The notes under the pieces are model-generated. The model was not told where the DNA came from. It made no database searches and was given only the letters and a program-made list of their open reading frames with translations. This document shows, piece after piece, positions 13,423-25,861 of a stretch of DNA of 64,000 bases. Each line of letters opens with the position of its first letter. Position 1 is the first letter of the stretch. The translations under genes were made by a program, and so were the position numbers. This stretch comes from Nageia nagi (lineage: Eukaryota > Plantae > Pinophyta): NCBI GenBank assembly GCA_050084985.1, contig JBITNC010000001.1, positions 138,818,001 through 138,882,000 of the forward strand, in the 5' to 3' direction.

Positions 13423-15074
13423 TTTTGGCACTAGAAAGAGGACCCCTCACATGCAAACAACATTAATGATGAAATTCAAAGGTTTTTTGTGTCTTTACAT
13501 GTGATTTTTGTGGTTTGTGTCATGTGGTAGTAGAGCTGATTTCCCTTTTTCTATTCTATATTTTTCCAAACTTGAGTTCCATAATCATTAATGATTATGT
13601 ATTATATGTCAAAAATTGGATCAAAACCAACAACTCTTTCAAAATACCAACAATTGTGAACAAAAGGTCAATTTTTTATTTTTATCCATTTTGTAAGCAT
13701 AACTTAGGAATTAAGACTATGGATTAGAAATGAACACCTTGTTTGTGATCCCTATGCTTAGAATACATGTAGGGGAGGGTAGTGAATATCATTAATAACA
13801 TGTATATTTTTTATATGGTTATTTATTTAAAATTCCTAAATTTCAGTTATTTCTTCTTTTTTTAGGAAGGGATCACACAAACAAATAAACTCATTCACTT
13901 AATATTTTTCTATCTCATTCACATATGCTCTCCCTTTGTATTGAAAAGCAATCTGAGGTGACTAGAATGGATGTGATGCAAAAAGGGTAAATGAAACTTT
14001 TACTTTTTTTACTTTATTCATCATTAAATTTGGAATGAACTTAAGGTGAATTTATCATGTTTAAGGTAGATTAGGACACATTAAATTGGTGAATGAATCT
14101 AGTGGTTACATTTTACACTCATTAATACTCTAACTTGTCTGCATTAACACAATGAAAGGTGGTTGAAGGATTGTGACTCATAATGAGAGGAAATGATCCT
14201 ACATAAAGGAATTTACTCACATTAACATCTTCTTACTTGTCTAGCTTACCATGTTGAAAGGAAATCAAAGTATTGTGACTCATAAGAAGAGGTAATAAAT
14301 CCCATGTTAGTATTTCCTTTGGTTAATGAATCTCATTAAAAGGTAATGGATTTTATGGGTATCTAGGCTAACTTGTACATTAATTAAAACATATTTGAAT
14401 CACATTAAAAAGATTTAATTAATAGACATGTATGATCATGAAGATTAGAAATTGCATCCATTAGTATTTTATTTTGATTAAATGCATAATCATGAGATAT
14501 TTTAAAATAAGAATCAATGAGTTAGAGGTCATAACCAACCATTGATTTTTATTCTCTTATTTTTTCATTAATAAAATATTATGAGCCTTAGAGCCAAAAC
14601 CTAGAAGTGAATACTAGGTTCATAAGTTAGAAGTTGTTACTTTCCACCAAATGACTATAAAAAAGGGGCTATACTTATATTTCATCACCAATATCTTTCT
14701 TAGTAGTATTCTCCAAGCCCCATTGCACTAAGGGGACTACTTTAAGTACCAAGTTGTTACTTAGCCCTAGATTGCTTATAGGATTACCAACTTACCTTTC
14801 ATAAACATTTGACTATATAAAACAATTTAGGAAAATTAAGAAGATTAAAAGGTACAATTTATACCACTCATATTGAAAAGATTAATTTAATATACCAACA
14901 ATATAGAAAAGATAATCACACCAAAAAGGTGAGTATGCATGTAGGTTGTTTGCACATGTAATTTTTTTCTCACTAATATAAATCCAAAATATAAAAAATA
15001 AAATTGCTATGTTCTATGTTTTCTTTATTTTCCTTATAGTTTGGTAAAAAATACAAATGAAAAATCAAAATAAG

Positions 15075-18000
15075 ATGATTAGTACTCAATCTCAAACAAC
15101 TCATCAATAGAAAGAACTGAACAACAAAAACTATTTAGAAGAACAAAAAAGTCATAGGTCTAGTAGGAACACTTCACGAAGAGAAACTCCTTAAGAAATA
15201 AATCCATATTATTTAAGTCCTATTGATAATGAATGAGATATAGTTAGATAATATATAATACAACTAAGAATTCCTCATTCTTCTCATGCCCATAGTCTTC
15301 CTTTAGACCTAGATTTTTTAGCAGAAGACACACAACCAATTGATGGTGTAGAAGAGATTGCATTAAGGAACCCCTTCACAAACTCACTTAGCTGATACCA
15401 TACTTCAAAGAGGTCCTTTTAGACCTAAGTATGGTCATGCAACACATTCTTCTGCTATATCTAGAAAAATAGAATATTTTGATGATTGATTATCCATATG
15501 TACAGCTACTCCTATGCCAGAATTAAGAGATCATTCTAGAGTTTATAATAATCCTTGTTACATTTTAAAATTAAATACACAAAAACCTTTTTCAAGCCAT
15601 AAAACACCTAGATAAGGATGTGATGTAAGAGATAATTATGATTCAACAAGATTTATATTTCAAAGAATACCTCCCTATGTGTATAGGAAAGAAAATCCAC
15701 CCCAAAATAATATACAACACCACCAACAACATCAAATGCTTTTGTATAACCTAGGTGTACAACATCATACTAAACCCATATGGTCTATTCAAAAACCATG
15801 GTTTCAAGCACAACTTGTGCTCAATGTACATCAAAATAGATCACTATTTAGATAACCCAATAAAAAAAAATTCCAAATCCAATTTGGACCTAATCAAATT
15901 ATGGGAAAAGAACAACCTAATACATGATCTCTATCACCATAGGGTCATGGAGTTTATAAATATCAAGATCCTTAACTAGATAAGAGAAAATAAGCTTCAC
16001 TTAAAAAGTGACAAGTTGAGCTTCAAAGGTATCATTTACCTCCACTTAAAACCAAGGGGTAATCAAATTATCCTCCTAGATCACCATTACACCAACAACA
16101 ACTACAACAATAATTAACTCCATATCAACTCCCTCTACCTTCTCCACATATGATGGAGTTTAATATGATGTTCAAACACCTTAGAAATTAAGATATGAAT
16201 CATTCCCAAGGTTTGAAGGAAAAGTGGATCATATAAATGATGAATGCCAAACATATCAAAATCAATTAGAAGAAATAAATGATCTTCATAAAAGGTTGAT
16301 GGAAATTGAAAAAGAACTACACTTGAAAAGTAAAAAAAAGGTATCATTTGAAATAATTTTCAATGAACTAATTCATCCAAGTGTTCCTAAAAATGATACT
16401 TCTTTCAAATTTGAAATTTTAAAAATTTAACAATTCAAGGAAAAGGAGGATCCTAAGGAACATCTTAGATGGTCTAAGTATTCAACCTATATTATTTTTA
16501 ATAATGATGCATTAATGCTATGTATCTTTCCTATGACACTTTCTAGACAAGAAATGGATTGGTACAATAACCTAATGGAGTATAGCATTTGTTCATAAGC
16601 ACAATTGGCAAATTTATTCCTAGAACATTTTAGAATCAACATCAAAGATAAAACCTCCATCACTAATATTACAAGATTACAAAAATTCCAAGATGAATTA
16701 ATTACTGATTTCATCTCAAGATGGAAGGTAATATTGAAAAGAATGCCTTATACTTTCCCTCAAGAAGAGTTTGTTAAAGTGTTTAGTCAAAGTTTTCTAG
16801 GGCCTATTGTTATCATCTTGTTAATTCAACAACTTAAGAACTTCAAAGAAGCCATCTCCTAAGTTATAATATTTGAAAAGGTCAATATCTAAGATGGTGA
16901 GATAAAAGGTAAGGAAAAGGAAACTTATGTTAAAAATAAAAATAAAAATAAATAAATAAGTAAACCATCACTAACTAACAAAGTTTCTTTCAATAAAGAA
17001 GCATAACCAAACTCTACAAAAAATGAGGTAAAGGAATTTAGACCATAGAGAAAGTTTACAGCTTTTTCTTGAAGAAAATTTGTGATCATCAAGTAATTAT
17101 GTTACCATCTATAAGACCTAAATGTATTGATGATAAAAAGAGCATATGGTACAATGAAAATGAATATTGTCATTTCCATCATAAAAAGGGTCGCAAGACA
17201 AATAGATACAAGAACTTACAACACAAAATTCAAAATCTAATTGATCAAGGAAAATTGGAGGTTGATAATCCTTTAGCTATTCCTAATCAAAAATTGGAAA
17301 TTTATCAAAATCATCTTCCTTAACATCAAGTTAATAATATTTCACTACATCCACCTAAGAATCAAGAAACATTCATGGGAATTGTAAATATTGCTACAAG
17401 AGCTTAGAGGGTACAAGTTAAAATAGCATCCTAGAAAATTAGCCTAATGAGGGTGTTATCTAGCCCAACATACCTAGACCCCAACCTCTCAAGGTTTTAG
17501 TGAAAGGAGCCATACATCAATAATTAAAGAATTTGAAAGTGAAAATATCTCTATTTGAGTTATTACAGCAATATAAGAATCATACATATGTAATAAGCCA
17601 ACTATTACAAAGAATTGAGTTGGAATTAAATGTTCCTAAAAGCTTTCTATCTTTTCTAGGAAACATTAAAATAAGTAAAAAAAATACTATTTTTTTCTAT
17701 GATCATGAAGTTAAATAATCAAATAAGACATGTGGTCAAGATCTGCCTTTGCATATCATAGCTAAGGTGGATGGAAAAACTTTTAAAAGAATATTGATTG
17801 ATGAATGTTCAATGATAAACATTATTTCAACAACTACATATAAGAATCTTAATCTTCTATTTTCACATATTTTTGTATCAACCCTACAATTAAAAGCATT
17901 CAATGATACTTTATGTTCAACAATGGGATCCATTTCATTGCCTATAATTGTAGGTTCTAAAATAGTGCAAATAGTATTACAAGTAAGTGGAGATATAACT

Positions 18001-21000
18001 CAATATAAAATCCTTCTAGTAAGACATTGGATTAGAGATATGAAATATATTCCATGAACCTACCATAATTGCTTAAAGTATATTCACAAGGGTGGTGCAT
18101 TATGTGCTAAGATATGAAAACCTATATTCACATTATAATAGTACACATTTATTAAAAGAAGTAGCATTACCATCTACTCATTATTTTACAACACCCATAC
18201 CACAAGAAAAACCATTGATTTATAGAGTGGGTAGGAATAATTATTCTTTGAATACTTTAAAAGAAGAACATATTATTAATAAAAAATCATCCAATATTCA
18301 ACAAAATATTAGTAATGATTTTCCACCAAAGATAGAACCAACATCATAAGAAAAATGTACCTAGGAGGAAAGAGCATAAAATTTGGATGAATTAAGCAAA
18401 TATTCCTCACAAAATATACCTTCTCTCATGGATAAATTAGTAAAAAGTGATGATTGTATAGAAAAGGATAAGTCATCAAATATTTACCTATTAACCATAA
18501 AACTAATAGATTGTGGTAAAGGGGAATTTTGAATCAATGATGTTAATTTTAGTATTTCTTTTGCTTAAGAAATAGGAAGACCAAAAGAGTCTCCTAGTGT
18601 AGTGGGGTAACTGGTGCCATTGGGAAAAATCCCTAACCAAATAATCTTTTTTTACATAGCTCCTATAAAACCACCTATCTTTCCTATACCACAATCACAT
18701 GAAGGTATTTTTTGTAACTCATTAGAATATTTATCACCTTATGTGAGGATATTTTTCCAAAGATATTTTGATAGATGTCAATGGAAAGGATGCATTTTAG
18801 GTCGATATGAATAAGGAAATAGATATAAAATCAATATTTATTACTAATTACCCACTAAGAAAATAGGATTGGGATACAAAAGTAAGAATATAAAAGAATC
18901 TAGTTATAAAATAGTTATGCTAGAACCCAAAAACATAGGATATGAAAAATCATGCAAAAAATCTAAATGGATAATAAGTCAAGATAATGTGGAACATGAA
19001 ACATTATCTTTAGAAAGATTATTTTTTGATTTTGTATCAAGTAATATGGTAGAAATCATAGAAATATGTGATGAAGTTTAAAAAAAAAACATCTTTTGAC
19101 TTGTGAGGAAGTGATAATTTTGAATCATCAAGCCTAGTAAGTTCAAGTAGCTCTTCATAATACTTCATGGTAGATGAAAACACCATAGACTTCACATTGA
19201 TTTTTGAATAACCCATAATAAAAAACTTTAGAGATATAGATACTATATTACAAACATCATACTTCACCATAAATACAACCTTGGAATACTAAAATTTAGG
19301 TGCAGACAAAGAATAAAACATAAATGATAAAAATTTGATCATGATACCTAATCAATTGGAAGAAGGGTCTTACATGTTAATTGAAGAAACTATCAAGATT
19401 GATATGAGTGATGATCTAAAAAATCCTAATATTATTTAACTAGGAAAATCACTAACTAAAAATGAGAGATGAGAATTCACATCTATACTTAAAGAAAAGC
19501 TAAAAATATTTGTTTGATCATATGTTGATATGCCAGGATTGGATTTGAACTTGGTGGTACATAACCTAGGTATTAAAGAAGATGCTAAACTAGTTAAATA
19601 GAAATTACATAAGATGCATCCAATAATAGCATTAATGATGAAAGAAGAGTTACAAAAAAATTTAGAAGCCAAGTTCATCCATCCCATTGATTATTTTGAC
19701 TAGATTTCCAACATGCTACAAGTTAAAAAGTGCAATAGAAAGATTTGCATATGCACAAATTTTAGAGAATTAAATAAAGCTTTCTTTAAGGATGACTTTC
19801 CACTACTGAACATTTATAGTTTGGTTGATTCTACTATAGAATATGAAATGTTATCTCTAATGGATGGGTTTTCAAGGTATAACTAGATAAAAGTAACATC
19901 ATAAGATCAACATAAAACAATATTCACAACACCTTGAGGGATGTTTTGTTATAAAGTAATATCCTTTGGCTTAAAGAATACAGGAGCTATGTACCAATGG
20001 GAAATGATATACATTTTCCAAGATTACATGCATGATATCATGGAAGATTATCTAGATGATGTATTAGCCAAGTCTAAGACCTAAGAAGACCATCCAAAAG
20101 TACTCATCAAAATATTTGATAGATTATTGGAACATAGTATTCAATTAAATCTTACGAAATGTGTTCTTGCTATCACTTATAGAAAATTATTAGGATTTAT
20201 TATTTTCAAGTGATGAATTGGAGTAGATCCTAATAAGATAAAAGTAATAGTGAATATGACTCCCTCTTTGAATATTAAATAATTACAAAGTTTACAAGGT
20301 AAGCTACAAGCTATAAGATGTTTTATCTCCTAGTTATTGGACAAGTGTAAACCTTTCAATAAATTGTTAAAAAAGGAGATTATATTCCATTGGATAAATG
20401 AATAAAAATAAGCATTTGATGAAATAAAATGCTATATTTTATCATCTCCTATTTCAATCCCACCTAAGTAAGGGGAACTACTCCTACTCTACACATATAC
20501 TAAGGAATAAACATTGGGAACTATGCTTGCTCAAAAGAATAAAAATAATAAGGAGAAAGTTATATACTATCTTAATAAAACCTTAGTTAGTTATGAAATT
20601 AATTATGTACACCTAAAAAAACTATGTTTAGTTATGGTTTTCACAACTAAGAATTTGAGACATTACATGCTAAATCACATCACATATGTAATTGCTAAAG
20701 CAATTCCATTGAAATACATAGTGAATAGAACTTCTGAAAATACAAGGACATCTAAATGGATTATGCATTTGATTGATTTTGATTTACAATTCATAATTTG
20801 AAAATTGATAAAAGGTCAAGTCATAGCTGATTATCTTATAGAAGCAACTTTATATGACAATAAACCACTTATCATTGAATTACTAGATGAACATGTTTTT
20901 CAACTAGATGAGACATTAATTTTTGTTGATCCTAAAGAATATTGGGATATGATAATATATGTTTGATGGATCAAGATGTAAAAAAATTGAAGGTGTAGGT

Positions 21001-22113
21001 GTGGTGTTTGTTACACCTGAATGGGTTCCCATACCTTAGTCTTTTAAACTTAATTTTCTATGCAAAAATAAGAATGTTGAGTATGAAGCTCTGGTATTAG
21101 CCATGAAGATAACTATGAAATGAAATTTAAAAGGGCTAAATTCATTAGTGATTCATTTTTAATTGTAAATAAGGTTAAAGGTATTTTTAATGTAAAGAAC
21201 CTTTACTGTGAAAGTATAAAAAATTGCTGGACAATTTGTTACAATCATTTGAAAAGTATGAATTAGAAGCAACACTAAGGTCAACCAATAGATTTGCTAA
21301 TGCTATGGCTTCAATTGGATATTTAATAACTTAGAACCCCCATCAATAAACCATTCACATTGAAATCATCAAAATTACTCAATATGGATTGGAAATGGAT
21401 GGAGTAGAACATATGATTCTCAATATTACAATAGAAGATAAAAAAATTTGGCATATCCAACTAGTGAAATTATTATGATATCTTACCTATTAATTTAACA
21501 AAATCTACTAGGAAAGTATTGAAATTAAAGGCCTCTTAGTTTTGTATGCTAGGGGATGTCCTATATCATAGAGGTTTTGATAGAATATTACTCTGATGCT
21601 TAGAATGGGTAGATTCATAAATTGTAATCTCATGCGCACATGATGGAATATGTGGATAATATTTTAGTGGTCCCACAATAATGAAATGACTAATGTGTAT
21701 AGGATATTATTGGCCCACCATGGAGTGTGATTGCATGGAATATGTTAAATTCCAATAACATTCCAATTTGTTAAATAAACCATCACAAGCACTACAACCT
21801 ATGTAATCATTATTATCATTTTCAAGAGTTAATTACTTAGAACACATGCATACCTATCAAAGTCACATTAAGTGAGATTTTGATAAAAAAGGTTAAAATT
21901 CATGAATTTAGTATAGGAGACCTAGTAATAAAATAAAATCAACAAACTTCATGAATGGAAAGGCAACTTTGAGAAAAATTTGCTCCCAACTATTTAGGAC
22001 CTTTTATGACTAAGAGAAAATGTGGGCTAGAGTGTATCATTTAGCTAACCTATAAGGTAATGAAGAGCATGAATTGATAAATATCACACATCTTCATCCC
22101 TTTTATAGTTGAA
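15075..22113 (+). pseudogene. Tat/Ogre gag-pol pseudogene (gag, protease, G-patch, RT, RNase H, additional RNase H, integrase lacking core)
   Basis: FKEKEDPKEHL, IFPMTLS..WY (~16440-16570); KRILIDECSMINII (~17790); WKGCILGRYE*G..GLGY (~18780-18880); DMPGLD, KDDFPL, MDGFS, FGLKN, YLDD (~20050); MFDGS..EYEAL..NRFANAMA (20960-21310); HDGICG..GYYWPTM (21640-21725); FSIGDLV..GPF (21910-22005). Many stops. Confidence 0.9.
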
Positions 22114-22207
22114 ATTGCTTTATTTTACTTATGTATATATTGTAAATATTTATATATAAATAATAAAAGCTTTGCAATGAACTAACAAAAATAAATGAAT
22201 TTAATAG

Positions 22208-22725
22208 ATGGAAACCAAAAGGATAAAGAGTGTTCACATGTCATTGGAACGAAAGGAATCAAGCAACAACCATGGTTTGAGAAGTCTAGATATTTTAGAG
22301 ATAGAGACATATCCAAACTCACTAAATTTACTTTTTGAGAAGCATGAAATGTTCTTCAATTACCCATTGACATACAGAGGGATCTAGCATTGAGCCATTT
22401 TTTAGGTATATTGAATTGTTGGAAAATTTATTTTAAAGTAGAAAATCTTAAAATTTACCTAGATAGGATCATGTACTTCCAAGATTTTTATCATTATTTT
22501 GATGAAGTACAAAAAATAAATTTATTATGCTTGTATTGACTTAATACATCACGTAAATTTATTCTTGATTGTACTTTTAATTATTGGGTTCTAGATGTTG
22601 TATCTCAAGATCTACAAAGCTTAGATCCAATCATGACTTGGATGAATTAGCTTGTAGGAGATTTGTGTCATAAAAAGTTAATATATAGTATTTCTCCTTC
22701 ATTTGTACCTAGATGTAGGAAATAA
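22208..22725 (+). pseudogene. Accessory ORF A of Tat element, F-box-like motif, paralog of ORF B
   Basis: MFF(N)LPIDIQRDLALSHF after a 1-nt frameshift at ~22359; two internal stops; shares further motifs with ORF B. Confidence 0.55.
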
Positions 22726-22829
22726 AAGAGTTAAATGAAATATCAATAAATAATTTTCTTAGGTAAAATCAAGATTCATATTCCCTTCATCTTTTGACCA
22801 TCATGAAAAAATTATAATAACTAAAAGGT

Positions 22830-23378
22830 TTGAAATTCGTAAACAAGTACATGTCCAATTTCATTATATTGGTCAAAATTTCATCAATATATATAAATGA
22901 GATATTTAAATTACTTTGGAAAACTTATTACATGCTTATGACATATTTTCTTGACTTACCTAAAGAAGTGCAATTGGAAATAGCCATGAAATTCTTTGAA
23001 AATCACACATCAAATACATGGGAAGTGAAAATAAATAGTTTGAAGGTCACAATTGAAGTAAAGGCACATGAGATGTGGATGGAACAAGAATTTGAAATGA
23101 GTTCATTACAAAGGTTCCATTTATATTTGACTTATGATAAATCCAAAATTGTGATAGATTGTGTTGAAAATGTTCACATCAAATTTATGGAACATCCTCT
23201 TATTTTGACTTCAATTATTTTAGATCAAGTATTATTGTACTTTATGCCATATTTTTCAAAAGAGGAAATTATATATAATTATAGTTTATTTTTCAGTAAT
23301 AGTTGTTGCACAAATAATCCCTTGAATGTGATAGCACAATATAAATGGATTAGTCAACCTCTAGATAAAAGAAAATAA
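22830..23378 (+). CDS. Accessory ORF B of Tat element (182 aa open), F-box-like motif
   Basis: Longest ORF in the window outside the young CRM element; contains YFLDLPKEVQLEIAMKFF. Confidence 0.55.
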   Translation: MKFVNKYMSNFIILVKISSIYINEIFKLLWKTYYMLMTYFLDLPKEVQLEIAMKFFENHTSNTWEVKINSLKVTIEVKAHEMWMEQEFEMSSLQRFHLYLTYDKSKIVIDCVENVHIKFMEHPLILTSIILDQVLLYFMPYFSKEEIIYNYSLFFSNSCCTNNPLNVIAQYKWISQPLDKRK

Positions 23379-24054
23379 ATAAAAAATGTTAGACTAGTAC
23401 ATTATTTCAACAATGTTGATAATACAATTTTTGGTTTTTCTATAGAGAGATCATTCCATACTTTCCATTGTGGACTTCTCCATTACCATGATTGCACCAC
23501 CTCTTGTTTCACTACATCCTACATACATACCTTCATTTTTGATACTTCTTAAGGCACATATTGAAGCTTCAACTTCATATTTCAAACTTAAGAGAGTCAT
23601 TAGGATTTTTAAACCCAAACCTAAACTATGAATCCCAACACTCATTTCATATCCCATTTATTCCCATCAATTTATTCTTGTAGAAGATCCCCTTTACCTT
23701 CGATTGGAACCTCCTTACTATTACTTTTTAGATCATGGAAGTTGGGTTATTCATAGGAAAACTATTTATCAACATCACTGAAAGATTATGAATCACTTTC
23801 CATTGTAAAAAATTATAAAAAATATTATAAACATGAAATAACACAAAAAATAATATAAACATCAAAAAATAAATAAAAATTTATGTCATGTATGAATGTG
23901 TGTTTGTTGTATATATATTTATTGATCTTTGAATATTAATTACCTACATGCAAATAAGAGCTTTATATATGTTATCTTTAGAAAATCTTATGCAATTTCT
24001 AAATTTTACATATAATGATTACAGGTAATTGATTGTATTCCAAACACAAGCATC

Positions 24055-24573
24055 ATGAGTCATCCTCATTTTGTTTTGGGACCTACCAATTAGGAGGTAG
24101 CCTATCCATATCATATTACACCTAATCCTTGGGAATTATCTTCCCTTTATGTCCCATGTTCCCTATGTACATTTCCAAGTGACCATGTAGAGAGTTAGGT
24201 CATGTCATTGGATGTAGACACAAATTGATTTTTTGAGTTGTCTAATGGTATTCAACATAAGATTTTGTCAATTAAAACATTGGTAAGTCTACTAGATAGA
24301 TCTAATCATGCTTATAATATTCTAAAAGACTCCTTTTGGGTGGAACTCTATCTTGATCATAGGTCCCATGTTAGGGAACTTGCATGATTTGTAACAAACA
24401 TGATGAAGAGTTTTTCCAAAATCTCATGTTCTTACTTTCTAGACTAGATTTTATATGGAGGATTATGATTAATGCCTATATCAATCCATTTATTTGTAGA
24501 CTCATCAAACTCTATGGATTGTTATCCTTGTATGCTTAGGATTCTTTTTATGAACTCACCATTACTTAGATAA
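24055..24573 (+). pseudogene. Accessory ORF C of Tat element, F-box-like domain
   Basis: 173 codons in one frame from ATG to TAA; about 6 internal stops, all TAG/TGA (deamination-type); FFELSNGIQHKILSIKTLVSLLDRSNHAYNILKDSFWVELY from 24229. Confidence 0.55.
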
Positions 24574-24799
24574 TATATGTAAATATTTTTTATTGGGACT
24601 TCATGTTTTCAATGTTTGTCACTCACCATACCACACATTGGAGCATTGACCATACTATATATACTCATTTTCATTTTCATCCCATCTCTCATAGTGATCT
24701 ACTAAAAACCCTCACTCAACTCAGAATCCATTATGTAAGGGTAGAAGATGATTAGAAAAATAAAAAATAAAAATAAAAAATTATAATTATAAAACCAAT

Positions 24800-24824
24800 A
24801 TATACACATACATACATACATACA

Positions 24825-24878
<54 letters not shown>
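24800..24878. repeat. Compound (CATA)n/(TA)n microsatellite
   Basis: Directly visible. Confidence 0.95.
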
Positions 24879-24882
<4 letters not shown>

Positions 24883-25861
24883 TAAAATTATTTATGAAGC
24901 ATCATAGGTATTGGGTGCACTTCCCTATATGTTTATACCATACCATTGTGTTTATATTATTCACTAAACCCATTATCATAAAACTATTAAGTGTTAAACA
25001 TGATGATCATAGTAATCCACCAAGATATATATACACCTTACATATCCATAAGCATGCCATTCATATATATACCTATACATATAAATAAAGAAGTAGTCAA
25101 TGGATATAATATTCATATCCTATGCTGTCAAAACATCTTCTAAAAGATTTTTGAAGCTTTGGATGAGAAATAGACATGAACTTGATACATCATTAGGATA
25201 TTATAAACTCATACACTTTTACACATTTTGAATCTTAAAATAATAAAAAAATTGATGTTCCTTGAGCATAATTTCATGTGATTGTTTGTCCAATTATTTT
25301 GGTTCATCCCAAAACCAAGAGATAGGATATAAATAAAAAAATAGAAAGAAAAAATGTACATATAGATAACAAAAAAAAATATGACAAAAGAAAAGAGGAG
25401 GAAAAGTAGAATTCTTAGGTGATTATAGTATCCTATATTAGGGCTATGGATGCTTGACTAGAAATAGAGCAAGGCTATAATGGAATGTAGGGCTTAGTCT
25501 GGCAATGAGGTATACCTTACAAAGAGGTGGCATATCGAGTATTTTTGATGGACCTCTGGATATTTCACATGGATGAATTAGCTTACATATTTTATGCTCT
25601 TGAAACATTGAATTAGTGAGCATCAAGGGAAGAAAATGAACATCATTGCACACACATGAGTCCATAATAAATTTAAGTATATTATAACTTTATTTTATAT
25701 CATCCTTAGTAGATGAAATTGAAATGAAAGATTATTTAATGAAATTAGTGTAAATATATTATTTATCATAATTATTTATTATATTATACATTGATTTCAT
25801 TCCATAATAAATTTATCTCATTATTATTATAATCTTGGTAGGTTAACTAAATTGTTATGTT

